Below are positions 34,485 through 37,340 of a stretch of DNA of 37,340 nucleotides, one piece after another; the stretch's first letter is position 1; the number at the start of each line of letters is the position of its first letter. This DNA is from Bacteroidales bacterium. Its GTDB lineage: Bacteria > Bacteroidota > Bacteroidia > Bacteroidales > UBA932. The DNA lies in contig DAIOJQ010000001.1 in the NCBI GenBank assembly GCA_036757145.1, positions 1-37,340 of the forward strand, written 5' to 3'. The notes below the pieces were generated by a model that was given only the letters and a program-made list of their open reading frames with translations, was not told the DNA's origin and did not search any database. Made by a program: the position numbers and the translations under genes.

Positions 34485-35412
34485 ACTGATAATTGACGAA
34501 CTTACTCCGGACAAATACATTAGAGATACCAACAGGGGTGGTAATATGCTCTATGACGTAACAGCAGCAGATTCTCCCAATATCATGAGAGAAATCGGGC
34601 GTCTGCGAGAAATCTCCTTTCGTAGTGCCGGTGGCGGTACCGGCAAGGATGTGGATATCGATGAGTACGACACTGACGCTGAAAATCCCTACAGGCAGTT
34701 AATAGTTTGGGATCCTGACCAGATGGAGGTCCTTGGCGGTTACCGCTATATAGATTGTTCGGGTGGCCTGGATCCCGCCAAGATGGCCACAAGTGAGCTT
34801 TTTAAGTTTTCCAAACGCTTTGTAAAGGATGTGCTGCCATATACCATGGAGCTGGGGCGCTCCTTCGTACAGCCGCTATACCATCGTCTCAACCTCAAAC
34901 GTAAGGGTATCTTTGCACTGGACAATCTTTGGGATGGTTTAGGGGCGCTTACTGTAAAGTATGATACCCACCGCTATTTTTTCGGTAAAGTGACGATGTA
35001 TTCCACTTATAATGTCAAGGCTCGTAACATACTGCTCTATTTTCTCAACCATTTTTCCCCTGACAAAGAGTTACTTGTAACTCCCATAGAACCACTTGAC
35101 ACCGACGCCTCCAATCCTTACTATGCCTCTCTTTTTGAAGGGATGGAGTATAAGGAGGCTTACAAAGAGCTAGTAGCCCGCCTCAAGGAGATGGGTGAGA
35201 TGATACCTCCGCTTATCAACTCTTATATGAGTCTTTCACCGAGCATGCGTGTGTTCGGTACCTCTATTAATAAAGATTTCGGGGGAGTGGAGGAGACCGG
35301 CATTCTGATGAAAATTGAAGATATTTATCCCGAGAAGATTGAGCGGCACATTGCATCGCTCAGGTTGCTTCGGGATAAAATCAAAGAGAAATATCGCTGG
35401 TGGAGACGTTAG
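34453..35412 (+). CDS. GNAT-type N-acyltransferase ('hemolysin'-like; GlsB/OlsB-like amino-acid lipid synthase)
   Basis: REIGRLREISFRSAGGGTG...GGYRYI...MELGRSFVQP, a pattern typical of the OlsB/GlsB (Acetyltransf_5) family. It is paired with an O-acyltransferase. Confidence 0.75.
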   Translation: MKPIIQPVDRKLIIDELTPDKYIRDTNRGGNMLYDVTAADSPNIMREIGRLREISFRSAGGGTGKDVDIDEYDTDAENPYRQLIVWDPDQMEVLGGYRYIDCSGGLDPAKMATSELFKFSKRFVKDVLPYTMELGRSFVQPLYHRLNLKRKGIFALDNLWDGLGALTVKYDTHRYFFGKVTMYSTYNVKARNILLYFLNHFSPDKELLVTPIEPLDTDASNPYYASLFEGMEYKEAYKELVARLKEMGEMIPPLINSYMSLSPSMRVFGTSINKDFGGVEETGILMKIEDIYPEKIERHIASLRLLRDKIKEKYRWWRR

Positions 35413-35914
35413 GATATCCGATCTGCTCTCTTACTACAAATACTGAAGGATATCTCCCGCTTATTTGAGCTGCAAATCGTTGCGCCTCATATTTGGTGCG
35501 GAAGTCACCTACTGTTACCTTGAAGTAGGGATTGACGTGGCTGAGGTATACCCTTATATGGGGAAATTCCTTTACAAACTGGTTGGCTATGGCCTCGGAG
35601 CGCACTCTGGCGTTCTGGCTGTTGTCAAAATAGATTCTGATGCGATAGCCGGAAATCTTGCGCTCGGAGTTAGTGTCGATATGGTTCAGAAGTGCATAGC
35701 GCAGGGTGCCGGATTGTCTTATGACAGCCGTTCCTCCACCGGGAGAGGACTCGTTGAGCAGTAAGAATATCTGTTTGCCTGCAAGCAGGGTGTCAATCTC
35801 TATTTCCGATCTGATATTGATAGTGGTGTCTTGCGGGATAAATTGATTCTGCGCCCATAGATTGCACAATGATATGCAGAGGAGTATTACAAATGTGGAA
35901 AGTATTCTTTTCAT
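35381..35914 (-). CDS. SPOR domain-containing protein; start placed at MKRILST
   Basis: Signal peptide. The C-terminal SPOR fold pattern is GYRIRIYFDNSQNARVRSEAIANQF...YFKVTVGDFRTKYEAQRFAAQI. Confidence 0.8.
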   Translation of the reverse strand: MKRILSTFVILLCISLCNLWAQNQFIPQDTTINIRSEIEIDTLLAGKQIFLLLNESSPGGGTAVIRQSGTLRYALLNHIDTNSERKISGYRIRIYFDNSQNARVRSEAIANQFVKEFPHIRVYLSHVNPYFKVTVGDFRTKYEAQRFAAQISGRYPSVFVVREQIGYPNVSTSDISL

Positions 35915-35921
35915 AAGGAGT

Positions 35922-36440
35922 TCATTTGTATTGTGAGTCAGGTGAAGCGGGTTTGAAGGCACGTATCAAGTCGCCGAGTACGACTCCTTTACCGGTGAAT
36001 TTTTTTCTGATTCCTCCGGAAAATACTATATGGTAGTCCACCGTCATATTTTCAACATCGACATTTTCAGCCGAAAAACCGCCTGAGACAAGAACTGAGA
36101 GGGGATTGAGCAGTTCCGTAGCGATCTCCCATTTTAAAAAATCTTCGCTATGAGCGGGAATGATAATATTATCTTCGGATGCCAGTAGTGCGAATGGTTG
36201 GCCGTTGCCACTGTATATTGTGGCCTCAAGGTCTTTTGCGGTAAAGGTAGTAGGAGTTGGGTTGGCTACTTCAATTATAAGGGTGAGATTAGCGCTGACA
36301 CTTCCTTTTCCAAATGAGATGTTGTCGATTTTTTCTATTTCGTATGATTTGAATTCAAGCTTTTTATAGTCCCGGCAGCCGGTAAACAACAGCCAGGTTG
36401 AGAGCAAAAGCAGTATGTTACGCAATAATTTGTATCTCAT
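35922..36440 (-). CDS. Lipoprotein, LEA2/WHy-like beta-sandwich protein; start placed at MRYKLLR
   Basis: Lipobox LLFTGC. The body (SANLTLIIEVANPTPTTFTAKDLEATIY...) resembles LEA type 2 / NDR1-HIN1-like domains. The family call is from memory only. Confidence 0.55.
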   Translation of the reverse strand: MRYKLLRNILLLLSTWLLFTGCRDYKKLEFKSYEIEKIDNISFGKGSVSANLTLIIEVANPTPTTFTAKDLEATIYSGNGQPFALLASEDNIIIPAHSEDFLKWEIATELLNPLSVLVSGGFSAENVDVENMTVDYHIVFSGGIRKKFTGKGVVLGDLIRAFKPASPDSQYK

Positions 36441-36518
36441 ATCAGCCCTTTTATTTTCGCAAAGATATAAAAAACTTATCTTTGTAATGGAAAATTCCCA
36501 TTGCACCAATAATCAGAC

Positions 36519-37340
36519 ATGAGAGATAGCAAATTTCATTCCGTCAAACCGATAACCGACCCTGCAAAGCCACAGTTGTACATCGAGACCTATGGTTGCC
36601 AGATGAATGTCAACGATAGCGAGGTGGTACTCTCTGTGATGCAGGATGCCGGTTATTCACTTTGCGAGAAGATGGAGGATGCCGATGTAATACTTGTAAA
36701 CACTTGTTCTGTAAGGGAAAATGCCGAGCAGAGGGTTTTCGGGCGTCTGGACCTGTTTCGTTTGGAAAAGAAACGTCGTCCGGAAATCGTGGTAGGTGTT
36801 ATCGGATGCATGGCGGAACGTCTCAAGGATCAATTGTTTGACTATCCGGTAGTGGATGTGGTTGCCGGTCCGGATGCTTACCGCGACCTTCCCCGTCTTG
36901 TGGCGGCAGCAAAAACGGGTACGGGCCAAATCAATGTACATCTATCCCATGAGGAAACATATGAGGACATTTCGCCGGTGAGGATGGACCGCAACGGCGT
37001 AAGTGCATTCATCTCAATTATGAGAGGTTGCAATAATGTCTGTTCCTACTGCATAGTTCCCTTTGTACGCGGAGCGGAACGAAGCCGTGACCCGCAAAGC
37101 ATCATCAGAGAGGCGGAGTCCCTCATTGCCAACGGTTATAAGGAGATAAATCTTCTCGGACAAAATGTGGATTCTTACCTTTGGCTGGACCCTCACAACC
37201 CCTCTCGCCAGATCAACTTTGCACGCTTGTTGGAGCAAGTGGCACTGATAGATCGGAAGATAAGAGTGCGCTTTTCCACTTCGCATCCCAAGGATATGAG
37301 CAACAGTGTACTCTACACCATGGCGATGTATGACAATATC
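36519..37340 (+). CDS. miaB: tRNA (i6A37) methylthiotransferase MiaB, 3'-partial (runs off the window)
   Basis: This ORF is not in the track because no stop lies within the window. I translated it by hand: MRDSKFHSVKPITDPAKPQLYIETYGCQMNVNDSE... (UPF0004 domain) and the radical-SAM motif MRGCNNVCSYCIVP. The frame is open for 274 codons to nt 37340. Confidence 0.9.
   Translation, partial: MRDSKFHSVKPITDPAKPQLYIETYGCQMNVNDSEVVLSVMQDAGYSLCEKMEDADVILVNTCSVRENAEQRVFGRLDLFRLEKKRRPEIVVGVIGCMAERLKDQLFDYPVVDVVAGPDAYRDLPRLVAAAKTGTGQINVHLSHEETYEDISPVRMDRNGVSAFISIMRGCNNVCSYCIVPFVRGAERSRDPQSIIREAESLIANGYKEINLLGQNVDSYLWLDPHNPSRQINFARLLEQVALIDRKIRVRFSTSHPKDMSNSVLYTMAMYDNI

Noticed and set aside
35381-35412. 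Convergent 3' overlaps: the N-acyltransferase with the SPOR gene (32 nt), and cysS with the OsmC-family gene (11 nt, 29613-29623).
   Set aside because: Short convergent overlaps are common in compact genomes, and nothing in the sequence suggests antisense regulation beyond the overlap itself.

Overview
This window looks like an ordinary chromosomal segment from a Bacteroidota, probably Bacteroidales-like. The inference rests on TAnnTTTG-type -7 promoter boxes, no Shine-Dalgarno use, many large FtsX/MacB-type permease paralogues, a glycine-lipid-type acyltransferase pair, and a SPOR protein.

Gene layout, left to right:
- A 5'-partial PHP-domain phosphoesterase carrying an in-frame TGA.
- tRNA-Met(CAT).
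- A low-GC AbiE (AbiEi/AbiEii) toxin-antitoxin abortive-infection cassette. The antitoxin is intact; the toxin is a pseudogene (one frameshift plus one in-frame TAG).
- A minus-strand ABC exporter operon (ATPase plus two ~790-aa FtsX permeases) with a candidate sigma-54 promoter.
- A divergent sigma-54 enhancer-binding response regulator and histidine kinase, followed by a TonB-dependent receptor.
- A small ABC-ATPase / membrane protein / GntR operon.
- A complete MacAB-TolC-like efflux operon (ATPase, two permeases, adaptor, TolC).
- A thioesterase.
- A tightly packed minus-strand run: M3 peptidase, nitroreductase, umuD, umuC.
- A Zn-ribbon protein, a short SSB, cysS, an OsmC-family gene, rpoN, a dsbD-like gene, two lipid acyltransferases, a SPOR protein, an LEA2-like lipoprotein, and 3'-partial miaB.

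I see no CRISPR array, integrase, transposase, reverse transcriptase or clearly novel multi-gene system.

The most unexplained signal is a family of degenerate 7-nt-periodic repeat arrays. Units run from TGCGGGG / TACGGGG / TGCGAGG to TTCTGAG / TATCGAG / TTGGGAG. The arrays sit exactly at cistron boundaries in both MacB-type ABC operons. Three copies are in sense orientation. One inverted copy is translated as a C-terminal tail of the ATPase. I could not run any homology or genome-wide searches, so all product names rest on motifs I recognise by eye.
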